Assembly (NCBI RefSeq): GCF_902713615.1 | Contig: NC_052158.1 | Location: 2,418,001-2,482,000, forward strand | DNA: 64,000 bases | From: Scyliorhinus canicula | Lineage: Eukaryota | Reading direction: 5' to 3' | Part shown: in pieces, positions 41,200 through 53,506 of the stretch | Layout: each line of letters starts with the position of its first letter | Position numbering within the stretch: position 1 is the stretch's first letter | The notes under the pieces: generated by a model | Told to the model about the DNA's origin: nothing | Seen by the model: only the letters and a program-made list of their open reading frames with translations | Database searches by the model: none | Program-made: the position numbers and the translations under genes

Positions 41200-41355
41200 A
41201 CATCCCATCTTAACGTTTCATCAATTATACATTGCCACGAATGCAGCACTCCCTCAGTATTTCACAGAGGAGTTCCCCTACGTTGTACGCTGCCGAGGAA
41301 CTGCACTTGAACTTTTTAGTCAGAGCCGAACGCTGCTACCAATGAATCAAGTTGG
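41200..41355 (-). mobile_element. Ancient DeuSINE-like fragment
   Basis: TGCAGCACTCCCTCAGTA motif resembles AmnSINE/SacSINE-type sequence (from recall, not searched). Confidence 0.4.
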
Positions 41356-42504
41356 CAAAAATGTGGAGGACTGTTCCTCGCAAGAAGGAAGGAAGGAACT
41401 GAAACAGTAGCGGGGAGATTAGCAGCACAGTGGTCAGCACTGCTTCCTCACAGTGTCAGAGACCCGGGTTCAATCCGGCCTCGGGTGACTGTTTCTGTGG
41501 AGTTTGCACTTTCTCCCCGGGTCTGCGTGGGTTTCTCCGGGTGCTCCGGTTTCCTCCCACAGTCCAAAGATGTGTAGGTTAGGTGGATTGGCCATGCTAC
41601 AAAATTGCCCCCGTGTTCAAAAGATGTACAGATTAGGTGGGATTAAAGGGATAGGGCAGACGAGTGGGCCTAGATGAGGTGCTATTTCAGTGGGTCGATG
41701 CGGACTCGATGGGCCGAATAGCCTCCTTCCGCACTGTAGGGATTCTGGGATTCTCTGATGGGGTTTGAAGCACAGCTCAATCCCATCGCATAGCACGTGA
41801 CATAAGTTTTAGGGCTAACAAACCCAGGCTAGAGTAGGATGAGGGGGGGGGGGGGGGCGGTGAAGCAAATGTGCGATTTGTACCCAGAGCTAAACTGAGC
41901 AGGCTATGATGCAAAAGGGTGTTGAAAGGTTCCAGTTCAGCTTGGCGTCACCAGCACACACAGAGACGTTGGCAGACACGTCGCGGGGTGATTGATGCCA
42001 ATGCCGAAAACAACAGGTGGACAGGTAACTTGAGTTAGCCACACCTAGTTGGAGATATGAGTCCGTTTTTGTCGCGTTGGGGTAGATCAAATTAAAGGGA
42101 GGGCAGCCCAGCATGGAAGATGACAGAGAAGGATGGAGAAAATAATCTTGGGGGGCCCCCAAAAGGTGTCAAGGAGAGTGAGCCACAATTAAATGGTTCA
42201 TAAGAATATCATGGGTAACCTTGCCCAGAACACACCCAATGCTATGGGGAGGGTTGAATACTTTTAAATCAGAAATAGCTCTGGTGACATGTGGAAAAAA
42301 CGAAGTAGGTGAGGTGTGATTCGCCTGTCCAAAGTGTGAATGGCGTCAGATCACCTCAGGGCATTGGCCAAAGGGCTAAAACTAAATAGAGTTCAGAGGG
42401 GAGCCGAACATCCCTCCTAAAGTCTCACAATATAAAAGGTGGCAAATATTCCCTCAGATGTTGTCAGTGGTTAACAGGTTTGAGTGAATATTTTGAGCCC
42501 AGTG

Positions 42505-42700
42505 TGGGTTTGAAATGGGGGAGGAAGCCCGAGTTGGTTTTTGGCGGTTAAACCCGCGCGCGCCAGCCGCTTTGAAAATTCAACGGCCAACGGCTGACCG
42601 TTTGTGACGTCATCGGACACTCATTTGCATAAGAGGATTGAAATTGAACCGCCCACCCAGCGGCAGCCAATCAGAAACCGGCGTCAATCAGCCAATGGCG
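42505..42700. promoter_or_regulatory. Orphan CpG-rich promoter/enhancer module (CHR, MYB, CRE, octamer, GC box, two CCAAT)
   Basis: TTTGAA 42509 and 42571; CAACGG x2 from 42581; TGACGTCA 42605; ATTTGCATAAG 42623; CCGCCC 42649; CCAAT 42667 and 42692. Confidence 0.6.
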
Positions 42701-43099
42701 TTACAGGAACGCTGACCCAGTCAGGAATTTCGGCCCCATCCGAAATGTTGGGTCTTTGCAGTGACCATTTGAAGAGTGGTTCACAGATGGGCCAGATTTC
42801 TTGCCCAATGACACAAATGGCGATCAGCAATGGTTTTCATGGTCTTTTAGGAGACTTTTTATTGTCTGGCTTACTGATCCAGTCCCACTGTGCCCACCTC
42901 CTCCACTTAAGTATTAATATTAAAATTAACTGGGTTGTAATATCTTGGGAGGCCATCGGAAGATCCCCTTGTCTTTGTTCTCTGAGTACAAATGCTTATT
43001 CATTCACTGCGACCCCATGAATAAGATTAAATACATTTAATACGCGCCGAATATTTCAGGACGAATTATACAAAATGTTTAATCAATCATGTATTATTA

Positions 43100-44095
43100 A
43101 GACCATAAGAGATAGGAGCAAAAGTTCAGCTAATCTGATGTGATAATCCTTAACTCCACTTTCCTGCCTTATCCCCATTACCCTCGATTCCCCTCGCCGA
43201 TTAAAAATCTGTCTCTCACAGCCTTGAACATACTCAACGGCCCAGTCTCTACAGCTCTCTGCATTAAAGAATTCCACAGATTCACTCCCCTCTGAGGGAA
43301 GAAATTCCTCCTCATCTCTGTCTCAAATGGACCAAACCCCTCACTCTGAGATTGTGCCCTCTGGTCCCAGACTCCCCCACAAGAGGAAACATCCTCTCAG
43401 CATCGACTCTGTCAAACCCCCTGAGAATCCGATATGCCTCAATAAGGCCGCCTCTCATTCTTCTAAACTCCAATGAGTTCAGGCCTAACCTACTCAACCT
43501 CTCCTCATTAGAAAATCCCTCCATACCTGGGATCAACCCAATGAACCTTCTCTGCACTGCCTCCAATGCCAGTATATCTTTCCATAGAAGGAGGGAGGAT
43601 CCCTCCCACCCGGCTTACTCACTTTCCCAACTTCTTCCATCGGGCAGGAGATACAGAAGTCTGAGAACACGCACAAACAGACTCAAAAACAGCTTCTTCC
43701 CCACTGTCACCAGACTCCTAAATGACCCTCTTATGGACTGACCTCATTAACACTACACCCATGTCTGCTTCATCCGATGCCAATGCTTATGTAGTACATT
43801 GTATATATTGTGTTGGCCTATTATGTATTCTCATGTATTTTCTTGAATTCTGTTTAATTCCCTTTTCTTCCCATGTACTGAATGATCTGTTGAGCTGCTT
43901 GCAGAAAAATACTTTTCACTGTACCTCGGTACACGTGACAATAAACAAATCCAATCCAATCCAAAATAAGGGGAACAAAACAGTTCACAGTACTCTAGTT
44001 GTGGCCTAACCAGTGTCTTGTTTGGTTTTAGAGGATGTCCCTATTTTTATACTCCATTGCCGTTGAAATAAGGGCCAACATTTCTTTTGCTTTCC
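43100..44095. mobile_element. CR1 fragment (-) interrupted by a Rex/Babar 3' end (+, about 43598-43962)
   Basis: EAVQRRFIGLIPG and DPSHPAYSL...RLKNSFFP motifs. Confidence 0.8.
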
Positions 44096-45305
44096 CAGTC
44101 AGTGTTGTGAGCGATCAGCACAAACCTCACTTCACAGCCTCGCTTTACGTGCAAATCACTTCAGTCAAACCAGTGGGAGGAAAAACCTACACGGATGGAA
44201 ACCAGCGGAATGTGGTGACTATGCGCATGGACAAGGTTAACACAACGTCTCATGGGCCGTACTCAGACCCCCAGGTGGGCCACACGTGGCCCTCCGGCTG
44301 TAGGTAATCCACCGCTGATCTCTTAGAGGGTTATCGAAAACGAGAAACCATTTTCAAGAATCAGCCAAATGCAAAGCAGTCTTCTTCCATTAAAAGTAAG
44401 GGAAAGTCGCCCTGGTCCCAGATGACCATAGGCTGCTTTCCCCCTTGAGGGGGGAGAGCTGACTGGTGGTGGTTTAACCTGAGGATCACCACACCTCAGG
44501 CGAGGGACAAGGTTGAGAATGCAGGGACCTACATGAATAACCTCAGCCAATCTCAATTGAACCTGCACTGTTGGCCTCGCTCTGCATCCAGTTTGAACTA
44601 AATTGCAACAAAGAAAAACTGAGAATGTTACGGTCAGATACTTTGCACTTTCATTCTCAACCAAATGAGCAGGGTATTGAAGTAAAAAGAGAAAATGCAG
44701 GAGAAACCCAGCAAGACAGGCAGCGTTTATGGCTCCCAAGAAGTGCCAAACGAGCTCGCCCCCTTCCCAGCGTAGTCCCACTTTCCAGCACTTGGTCCGT
44801 AGACCTGGATGTCACCTTACCTCAGGTGCCCACGCGGACACCTCTTATTGAGGCATTGAGTGTGTCTGCCTCAACTATTCTTTCAAGCAGTGAATTGCAG
44901 AGAACCACCCTCTTGATCTTATTTTTCCACCACACCACAGCCCCCCATCAGACCCCCCCCCCCACCCCACCCCACTCCAAATCCCTCAACCAATCACTTC
45001 AAATCAATGCCCCCCCCCCTCCACCCCGCTAGTCACTGACCTCTTCGCTGAGGAAACTCAGTCCTTCTTATCCACACTATCCAATTTCGTCCTCCCTTCA
45101 AGCAACCACATTATTGCCCTTATATCTCCTGCACCGGACTGTTCTTGAGATCAAGAAGCGTTTAAGATGGCACGGGCAAGCACGGAGGAAGTCCCAAGTG
45201 CGAATGCCACAGGTTACTCTAAGATGGACACCAGCTACGAAATGTCAGCGGGGGGGGGGCAGGCTGGGAACAACATGCCGCAGGACTGCGATAACTGAAC
45301 TGGAC

Positions 45306-45935
45306 GGGCAGCACGGTGGCACAGTGGTTAGCACTGCTGCCTCACGGCGCCGAGGACCCGGGTTCGAATCCCGACCCTGGGTCACTGTCCGTGTGGCGTT
45401 TGCACATTCTCCCCGTGTCTGTGTGGGTTTCACCCCCACAACCCAAAGATGTGCAGGGTAGGTGGATTGGCCACGCTAAATTGCCCCTTCATTGGAAAAA
45501 ATAATTGGGTACTCTAAAAAAAATTTTTTTTTAAATAACTGAACTGGAAAAGATGGGCCCAGATAGGTGAGGCACAAGTCCGGGACATGGAGGAGAGGGT
45601 GACTAAGTGGTAGCACAGTGGTTCGCACTGTTGCTTCACAGCGCCAGGGTCCCAGGTTCGATTCCCAGCTTGGGTCACTGTCAGTGCGGAGTCTGCACGT
45701 TCTCCCCGTGTCTGCGTGGGTTTCCTCCGGGTGCTCCGGTTTCCTCCCACAAGTCCCGAAAGACGTGCTGTTAGGTAAATTGGACATTCTGAATTCTCCC
45801 TCTGGATGCAACCCGTACCAGCCTCCCCGAACAGGCGCCGGAATGTGGCGACTAGGGGCTTTTCACAGTAACTTCACTGCAGTGTAAATGTAAGCCTGCT
45901 TGTGACAATAATAAAGATTATTATAAATATTATTA
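45306..45935 (+). mobile_element. Two HE1-type SINEs: poly(A)-type (45306-45535) and Rex-tail chimera (about 45605-45935)
   Basis: Same heads, different tails. Confidence 0.85.
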
Positions 45936-46285
45936 TTTACTAACTTTCTGAAAGAGGCGTCTTAACTCGCAAGTAATCGGTTAAAGTGAAAACAATTGGG
46001 CAATTTGATTACTTTCAGAGTATGTGTTCTATAATTTATATGGAATCATATGAATCATTTATTAAAACAGTTTTCATGTCTTATTGTACAGCTCTTCAAA
46101 ACCCTCACAAGTAGATACATCATAGGTAACAGTCCGAACACAGTATGGCAAAATACCCTCGCTTCAGTTCCTAATCTTAACTAACAGCCATCCCAAACAT
46201 TACCGTCATTCCTTAATTACAGGTGTCAACAAGGCAGTGGTAGCATTTTCTGCTTTAATGTTTTGTCTCACAGTGACGTACGTGT

Positions 46286-47249
46286 TGTAGCCACTGTAGC
46301 CACCTAAAATGGACACTGAACTAAACAAAATGGAGAATCGCTAAGACTGCAGGGAAAAACAGTTTAGCCAAGGCAAGCAGCCTGCAAACACTCATTAGCA
46401 TTTTGCAAGCAGCAAAACTAGTTTCTGGCCAGGTGGAAGATCTCAAACCAAAGGTGATAATGGCAGAACGTTTTACATACTAATGAGGCAGTCCAGATCT
46501 AGGGACACACAATGGCAACATTTGGGTTTGAATAAGATACTTGAGTGGATGTCCAGACAGAGCGGCACCAGAAGTATCCACTATAGAAACCGCCCCCACC
46601 ATCAAGAGAGACCCTCACATTGGAGGAATTCAAAAGATATCGATTGGAAGCGATCCAATCGATACCTGAAGGTAAAGCCCGCCCAGGAAAAGGCAAGGAC
46701 ATTGGGGACCCCTATAAAAGTAGACCCCCACACATGGTCCTGTCTGTTGTTTCGTGCTCCGGCTTTGACCAAGACCTTGAACGTGTATCCTGACTCCAGC
46801 CGTTGAGCACCAGCCGCCGAACCGTAAGTGCCAATACGACGCTCGCTACGCGAACCAAGCCCGCTAGACCCCCAGTGACCAGCACGCTTTCTGAAGGTTG
46901 CAGACCAAGACCGGGACGAAGGCCTCGCTCCCTGACCTTGCCTGTTCCTGTGTAGTTAAGTATTCTGATTGCTTAGTTTAGTCATAGCTTAGTCCCTTAG
47001 TGTGTGCATGCGTATTTATTATAATTGTATAATAAATATTGATCGTTTGGAACTTACTAATCGGTGTATCGTTTTATTACTTTGAACCTGACCTTGGAAT
47101 ATTTGTGAGGTGTCTATACGGCATCTGGCGACTCCTGAGCTGAAAAATACATATACAGAGCCTAGTAGTGTTAAGCACACGGCCTTTAACGGAGGCAAGT
47201 TAATACACTCCAATAAACGCGTTTTACACCCATAGCAAAACGTGCAACA
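46286..47249 (+). repeat. 5' LTR (964 bp): TATAAAA 46713, splice-donor-like CC|GTAAGT 46824, AATAAA 47031 and 47212
   Basis: Direct repeat of 55109-56072 at offset 8823; three substitutions seen by eye. Confidence 0.96.
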
Positions 47250-47254
47250 TTTAG

Positions 47255-47272
47255 TGGCGACATCCTGACGGG
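47255..47272 (+). other. Putative primer-binding site TGGCGACATCCTGACGGG
   Basis: Starts with TGG, 5 nt after the LTR end; cognate tRNA not identified. Confidence 0.6.
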
Positions 47273-47565
47273 ACACGGTTATAAGTGGTACCCCCACTCC
47301 GTCGAGGACCCTGAAATTTGAATTAGAAATCTGGTAAAGAAAAAGGAAAGAAATCACAAATATTCAAGGTGTTCAAAGGAATAAACGTAATTTGGAAGTG
47401 TGTTTAGTGCATGCGTACTAACAGGGTTGTAAGGAAAACCTGAAAGCATTTTTGTTGCGACAAACTTTCGGTAGTTTTGTGAACGGAACATAGCGTAAGC
47501 CTTACCCGTTTCGTGAGACATAACCTCAACACCCCCTGTTCTAAATTTAAAGTGAGTCAGAGAAA

Positions 47566-49277
47566 ATGGCCATGCAGGCAATGGAACGCCTCATGAACCC
47601 AGAACGGTTTGTGGTCGCAGCGACCAGCAGTAGCCGAGTAGGTCAGTGTCCCATGTGGGAGCTGGAACTCCGCAAGTATCTGCAAGGAAAGGGATGGCCC
47701 CTTTGGAAAGAGTTTTGTTTGAATGAGGAGACAGGTCCCGGAAGTATAGGACATACTTGGTGGGAGAACCTCTCTCAAATTCACAAGAAAAACATGAGTA
47801 AAGCACGTAAGCCGATGTCCTGTTTGGCACAATTGCGAGGCACAGAGGAGGTCGTTCAGACGCTCCGGGCAGAATTAGAAGAAAGAGATAGAATGAGTAA
47901 AGTGGATGTCAGGGACATCGAAAAGGAAAATATGGATCTAAGAGGGAAGTTGGCAGAGAAAGGTAGAGAGGTGGATGATGCCAAGAGGGCACATCAGTCT
48001 TGTCTAGCCCATCTCAGCAGTTCCCAGACCCAGTACGAAAAGGCCTATCAGGACGTGCAACGTGCCGTCCTGATAAGAGAAGAATCAGAGAAGCAGGTAG
48101 AGGCTTTGCAGAGGCAATGCTCTGACCTTAAAGCAGCTTTGAGAGCACTCCATGCTGCCACCACAGAACAAAGGCAAAGTACAGTAGATCACGCAAAATG
48201 CAGGAAGCAGATTGCAGAGCTGCAATCGCTGCTTTCGGTGCAAAATGGGTTTCAAAGCACCTTTGGAACGCAGTTAGATGAGGAGAATGCCCCAGACTGG
48301 AAAGAGTTAAGTGAGACAGCGCAGCGTTATGTTCAGGGAACATGTGCGCCAGCAGCGCAGCAGAAAAGGCAAGCACCCCAACCCCCCACAGTTACCATTC
48401 CAATGAATCCAGTCACCACCCAGAGAAAAGCGACCATAGAAGGCGCACCCGATATAACTTACACCACCCCCTTAACTGTAACCCAACTCAGGGACGCGTG
48501 TGAGAAGATCACTCCGTTTCTCCCCACCGCAGACCCCCACCAGTTTTTCGCAAAGGTAAAGCAACAGGCTACGAGAGAGAGCAGGTTAAACTCACAGTTC
48601 TGAGTTTAGACCCATCGGTTGTAGCAGCCCTCCCCGACCCACAGAACGTTGGCGGAGGCACCCTAGAGGAAATGCACACCTCCATTTTAGACGCCATAGG
48701 GTATAATCGAGGTGACCCCGTAGAAGGACTTAATAAGTGCCGGCAGAAGAAATCCGAGCACCCCACAGCATTCGGCGGAAGGCTGTGGATCCATTTTAAC
48801 GCAGTATTTGGCGATTTAAATAGAGCCCATTTGAACCGTGAAAATATGGTTAAATGGACGCGCACCATAATTTCTCATGCAACAGAAGCAGGACAGAGCG
48901 CTTGCAACAGCTATGACCCCTCAGAGGAGGCCCATAATGAGAAGTGGGTCCTGAAAAGATTGTCCCGCGCTTGGGAGCAATCAGTTCAGGGCAGAGGTAA
49001 AGTGAAATCCCCAGAAGAAGCTCAGGCTGCAGCAGACATACAGGCAGTGAGAGAGCACCAAAAACCCGCGTGGGTGAATGAAGGAAAGAGCAGCCCTCCA
49101 CAGAAGTCGCAGGAATGCTACAACTGTGGCCAGTTAGGACATTGGGCTAAGGAATGTAATGGACCCCAGAGATCACAGAGAGGCCAGCAGACAGGCACTC
49201 TGAACCGGAATAAAACAAAACCGATCCATAGTATAGGGATCCAGTCAGGACAGACCAATGTGGACGGAACGGACTGA
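47566..49277 (+). pseudogene. gag: gag, with a frameshift near 48573: coiled-coil N-half, capsid-like region, CCHC zinc knuckle
   Basis: ORFs 47566-48603 and 48672-49277 join across a frameshift (...QQAT / EREQVKLTVLSLDP...); CYNCGQLGHWAKEC at 49116-49157. Confidence 0.85.
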
Positions 49278-52200
49278 CGGTGTTCGGGCTCCCCCACTTG
49301 GGTCTGTGACACACTATGGGATCCGTCAGGAAGACCGGTAGTCACGGCAAAGTTAAGAGGGAAGCCCATAGAGTTACTTTGGGACACAGGAGGCTCCCGC
49401 ACCACAATTAACTCCACCACCACGGCACAAGCAGACACGTGGCCGACCACCTCCACCATCACACTTAGCGGGTTCACAGGACACTCGCAGCAGGGACATA
49501 TCACAGCACCCGTAGCAATCCAGCTAGGGAACATTTCCACCAAACACCCAGTAGTTTTAGTAAATCTTCCCCGGACAGCAGAACACATCCTAGGGATAGA
49601 TTTTATGAATGCACATAGCCTGTCGTTCGACCCAGTGAACCAGTGTGTCTGGCGAATGGCAAGATCGGACAGAGCACCCGCTACTCTCACAGTAGGAGAC
49701 TACGCTAATCGGATTAGCGCAGTAGGAGAATACTCATTTGACTTGACTACACTAAACACGGACAGACAAGTTAAGGCAGTATTAAATAAACACAGGACAG
49801 CATTTGCCAGTCACCGGCATGACTGCGGCAGAATGGCTGGACAAATTCACGTTACCGGACCTGACCCCAGACCACAAAAACAATATAGATTTCCCCTAGA
49901 AGCAGAGGGAGAAATAGAGAAAGTGATAGGTAGCTTATTGGAGCAAGGTGTGCTTAGAACAGTAGCCTCGACCAATAATGCCCCTATTTGGCCAGTGAGA
50001 AAGCCCGACGGATCATGGCGTCTGACCATTGATTATCGGGAACTCAATAAAGTAACCCCAGCAGTAGCCCCCACGGTAGCAACAAGTCCCGAGACCATGC
50101 TCAAGCAGGGACTCAACTCCAAATATTTCACGGTATTGGACATTAGCAATGGCTTCTGGTCAATCCCATTGGCAAAGGCGTGCCAGTACAAATTTGCCTT
50201 CACTTTTAAAACACAACAGTATACGTGGACATGCCTTCCACAAGGATTCCACAATTCCCCCTCCATTTTCCATCGACAGCTGGCGAATGGTTTAGAGAAA
50301 TTTTCCCGCCCCGAATGTCTGGTACAGTATGTGGACGACCTACTACTGCAGACAGACACAAAGGCAGAGCACATTACGCTTCTGGCCGAACTCCTGGAAC
50401 TTTTAACCAAGATTGGATGTAAAGTTAACCCAAGAAAGGCCCAGATTTTGGAAAATAAAGTGATGTATTTGGGAACAGTCATCACACACGGCAAACGCGA
50501 GATCGAATTCAAAAGAATTGATTCGATTGTCAAATTGCCCCTTCCCCAGAATGTTTCAGCCCTCCGGTCGTTTTTAGGACTGGTTGGTTATTGTCGGAAC
50601 CACATCGACGGATTCGCGACAAAAGCCGCCCCACTCTCAGACCTCCTTAAGAAAGGAGCCCCCTGGGAATGGCTTCCGCAGCATACAGAGGCTGTGGAAG
50701 AGTTAAAGAAAGCCCTTAGCGCAGCACCCGCGCTACAAGTCCCAGACCAACTTTCCCCCTATGCAATAGAGGTAGCGAGCACAGATCTGACCCTCTCGGC
50801 CGTGTTACTTCAGGAACGGCACGAGCAGCTAAGACCAGTGGCTTATGCCTCCCGACTGTTAGACCCAGTTGAACAAGGATTTTCAGCCTGCGAGAGGCAC
50901 CTCCTTGCAGTCTTCTGGGCAGTGCAATATTTTTCTTACATTACCGGACTCAACCCCACCACCATTTTGACCGAGCACACCCCCACACAGTTACTCCTAG
51001 ACGGTCGACTGAAGGACGGTTCAGTTAGCCAGATTAGGGCAGCTAGGTGGACACTACTTTTACAAGGACGGGACATTACAGTTAAACGGACCCACACACA
51101 CACATTTTTAGCCGACAACCTCCAATACCCAGGACAGCCCCATGAATGTGAAATTGTAGCCCCCTTACATAACACAGGACCCTTTATAGCGAAGACACCC
51201 CCCAGGAAGATAGGGAACCCAAAACAAAGCCCCCAACACACAGACACGTGTGGACCACTGAGGATTTACGTAGACGGTTCATCCACAGTTTTAGAAGGTG
51301 AGCGTATCACAGGATGCGGCATCTATGTCGAGGACGCGCAGGGGCGCGCTCTCGAAGAGATAGCTTTAAAATTACCGGGCCACTTAGGCGCGCAGGCAGC
51401 AGAGCTCGCGGCCATAGCTTATATAGTGGACCACCCCGATTCTTTCCCCAGCCCAGCGGACATATATTCGGACAGTCTATATGTCTGCAATAGTTTAACA
51501 GATTTTCTGCCCCTGTGGAGGACACGAGGTTTTGTCTCCGCAGACGGGAAACCCCTTCCATCAGCCCCTTTACTCCAACACATTTTAGAGAAAGCGAAGG
51601 ACAGGACCTTCGGCATTATCAAAGTAAGAAGCCACCATAGGTCATCCCCCCCTGGGAATGTAAAAGCCGACGCACTGGCTAAGGCAGGTTCCAGGCGAGG
51701 ACACTTGTGGACACCCCCAGCTAGCGCACCAGCTAGCGCCCCTGTGAGCGCAGTCCAAGTCTCACAGACCGATATTAAAGATTTAGTAGAGGCACAAAAG
51801 CAGGATGAGGATCTCAGGGAGAATTTCAAAGGCAACTTTGTGCCACAGTATGACAAATTCAGACACGCACTGACCACACATGAGGGTGTGATCATAAAGG
51901 ATCAGCTTTATGTGGTCCCGCAGCAGGACAGGAATGAAATGATTGCTTTGTTCCATGATGGACACGGGCATCAAGGGATCGACGCAACCACGAGGCACCT
52001 CAGGCAACTCTGTTGGTGGCCTAACCTAAGGACAGATGTAAGTCACTACATCGAGAATTGCCTTATTTGCGCCCAGAATAACCCGGAGAGGTATTCTAAA
52101 AAGGCACAACTTCGGCATACTCGACCAGTTAATGGCCCCTGGACAAACCTCCAGATCGACTTTATAGGACCATTGCCCCCTTGTAGGAATGGCTATAAAT

Positions 52201-53506
52201 ACGTTCTGGTGGTCATCTTTACCAAATGGGTAGAGGCATTCCCCTCTAGAACGAATACAGCTAAGACAGCTGCAAAGATCCTGACCCACCACATCTTCAC
52301 GAGATGGGGTTTACCCCGTAGCATTGATTCGGACCAGGGATCTCACTTCACAGGACGGGTCATGAAGAACGTCCTGACAATATTTGGCATAAAACAAAAT
52401 TTTCATATTGCGTATCACCCACAGTCCAGCGGGATTGTAGAGCGCATGAATCGGACCCTAAAATCCACACTTCGCAAAATGGTTCAAGAGAACAACTCCA
52501 CATGGGATTCAGTGCTCCCATTTGCATTAATGTTCATCAGAAATACAGTTTCAACTTCCACAGGATACACACCACACACACTCATGACCGGACGCCCTAT
52601 GAAAGGTACAGAATTCCTTTTAGGACTGGACATGACTAGCCCCGAAGTGACGGCCCTCACACACGAAAAGACGGTTAAAGACCTGGTTGAGACTGTGAGG
52701 TCTGCACAGATTGCAGCCGCAGTTCAGCTAGGGAAACGCCGTAAACAACGCACAGCTTGTTTTAACAAGACCGTACACCCCACAGAATTCCAGGTTGGGC
52801 AACAGTAATGTTATCTGTTTACAACCCCAACAGTTTTTTGGCACCAAAATATTCCGGCCCATACTCAATGTCGGATAAAATTAGCCCCTCAGTTTATAGG
52901 ATAAAATATCCTAATGGTAAGACCGCGTGGTTCCATATCAACCAGTTAAAGGCATATGGAACACAGGCCAACCATGCACACCATGTCCTGCTAGACGCAG
53001 CAGAACACCTCACCCCACCCACTAGAGACACGTTTCCACCATCCCCCTCACAGACCAGTTCTTCATCGGACTCGCCCACGACTCCGCCCACAGACCACGA
53101 CAGACCACGCCCCGAAATGCCCACAAGCTGCCGCGGCAGAGACAGCGATACAGACACTGACTCTGAGGACAGCCACAGCACACCACACTACAGCCCACAT
53201 AGCAGCGACTATGACCCCGACTACAGTGACCCCATGGAAGTCACTTACATTAAAAACCCAGACCCACCACCCGACCCCGACTACCCCGACAATACCCATT
53301 CACTTTTGGACCCAACACTCTGGCACAGGGACAATTCGTACCGACTTGTCCGCAACGATGAAAGTGACCCCCGGTCACACAATTCAAAGATATCATGCCT
53401 GATCCACACAAGGGTGTGGGATCCGGGAGAGCAGGACGACACGGTGTCTGAATCCCGATACGGCAACCCCTTTGTGACCCTGTTCACAGAGACAGAGGAA
53501 AAGTGA
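49278..53506 (+). pseudogene. pol: pro-pol: protease, RT, tether RH, RNase H, integrase; 1-nt frameshift at about 52806
   Basis: LLWDTGGS (49383), ILGIDF, LPQG, YVDD (50328), IYVDGSS...AELAAI...YSDS...NVKADALA, HHCC, DFIGP/SDQGSHF/VERMN; KYSGPY continues in the next frame. Confidence 0.92.

Larger units (their letters stand above)
39440..41750. mobile_element. SINE cluster: HE1-type copies at about 39440-39720 (+), 39915-40110 (+), 40205-40725 (-), 41420-41750 (+)
   Basis: Repeated A/B-box heads and V-domain cores. Confidence 0.8.

Noticed and set aside
41890-43020. ORFs flanking the orphan promoter (90 aa -, 138 aa +)
   Set aside because: Non-ATG starts, no recognisable domains; one overlaps the motifs and an old SINE
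46483-46806. 107-aa ORF present in both LTRs
   Set aside because: Identity only reflects LTR duplication; it spans the TATA box and has no recognisable domain
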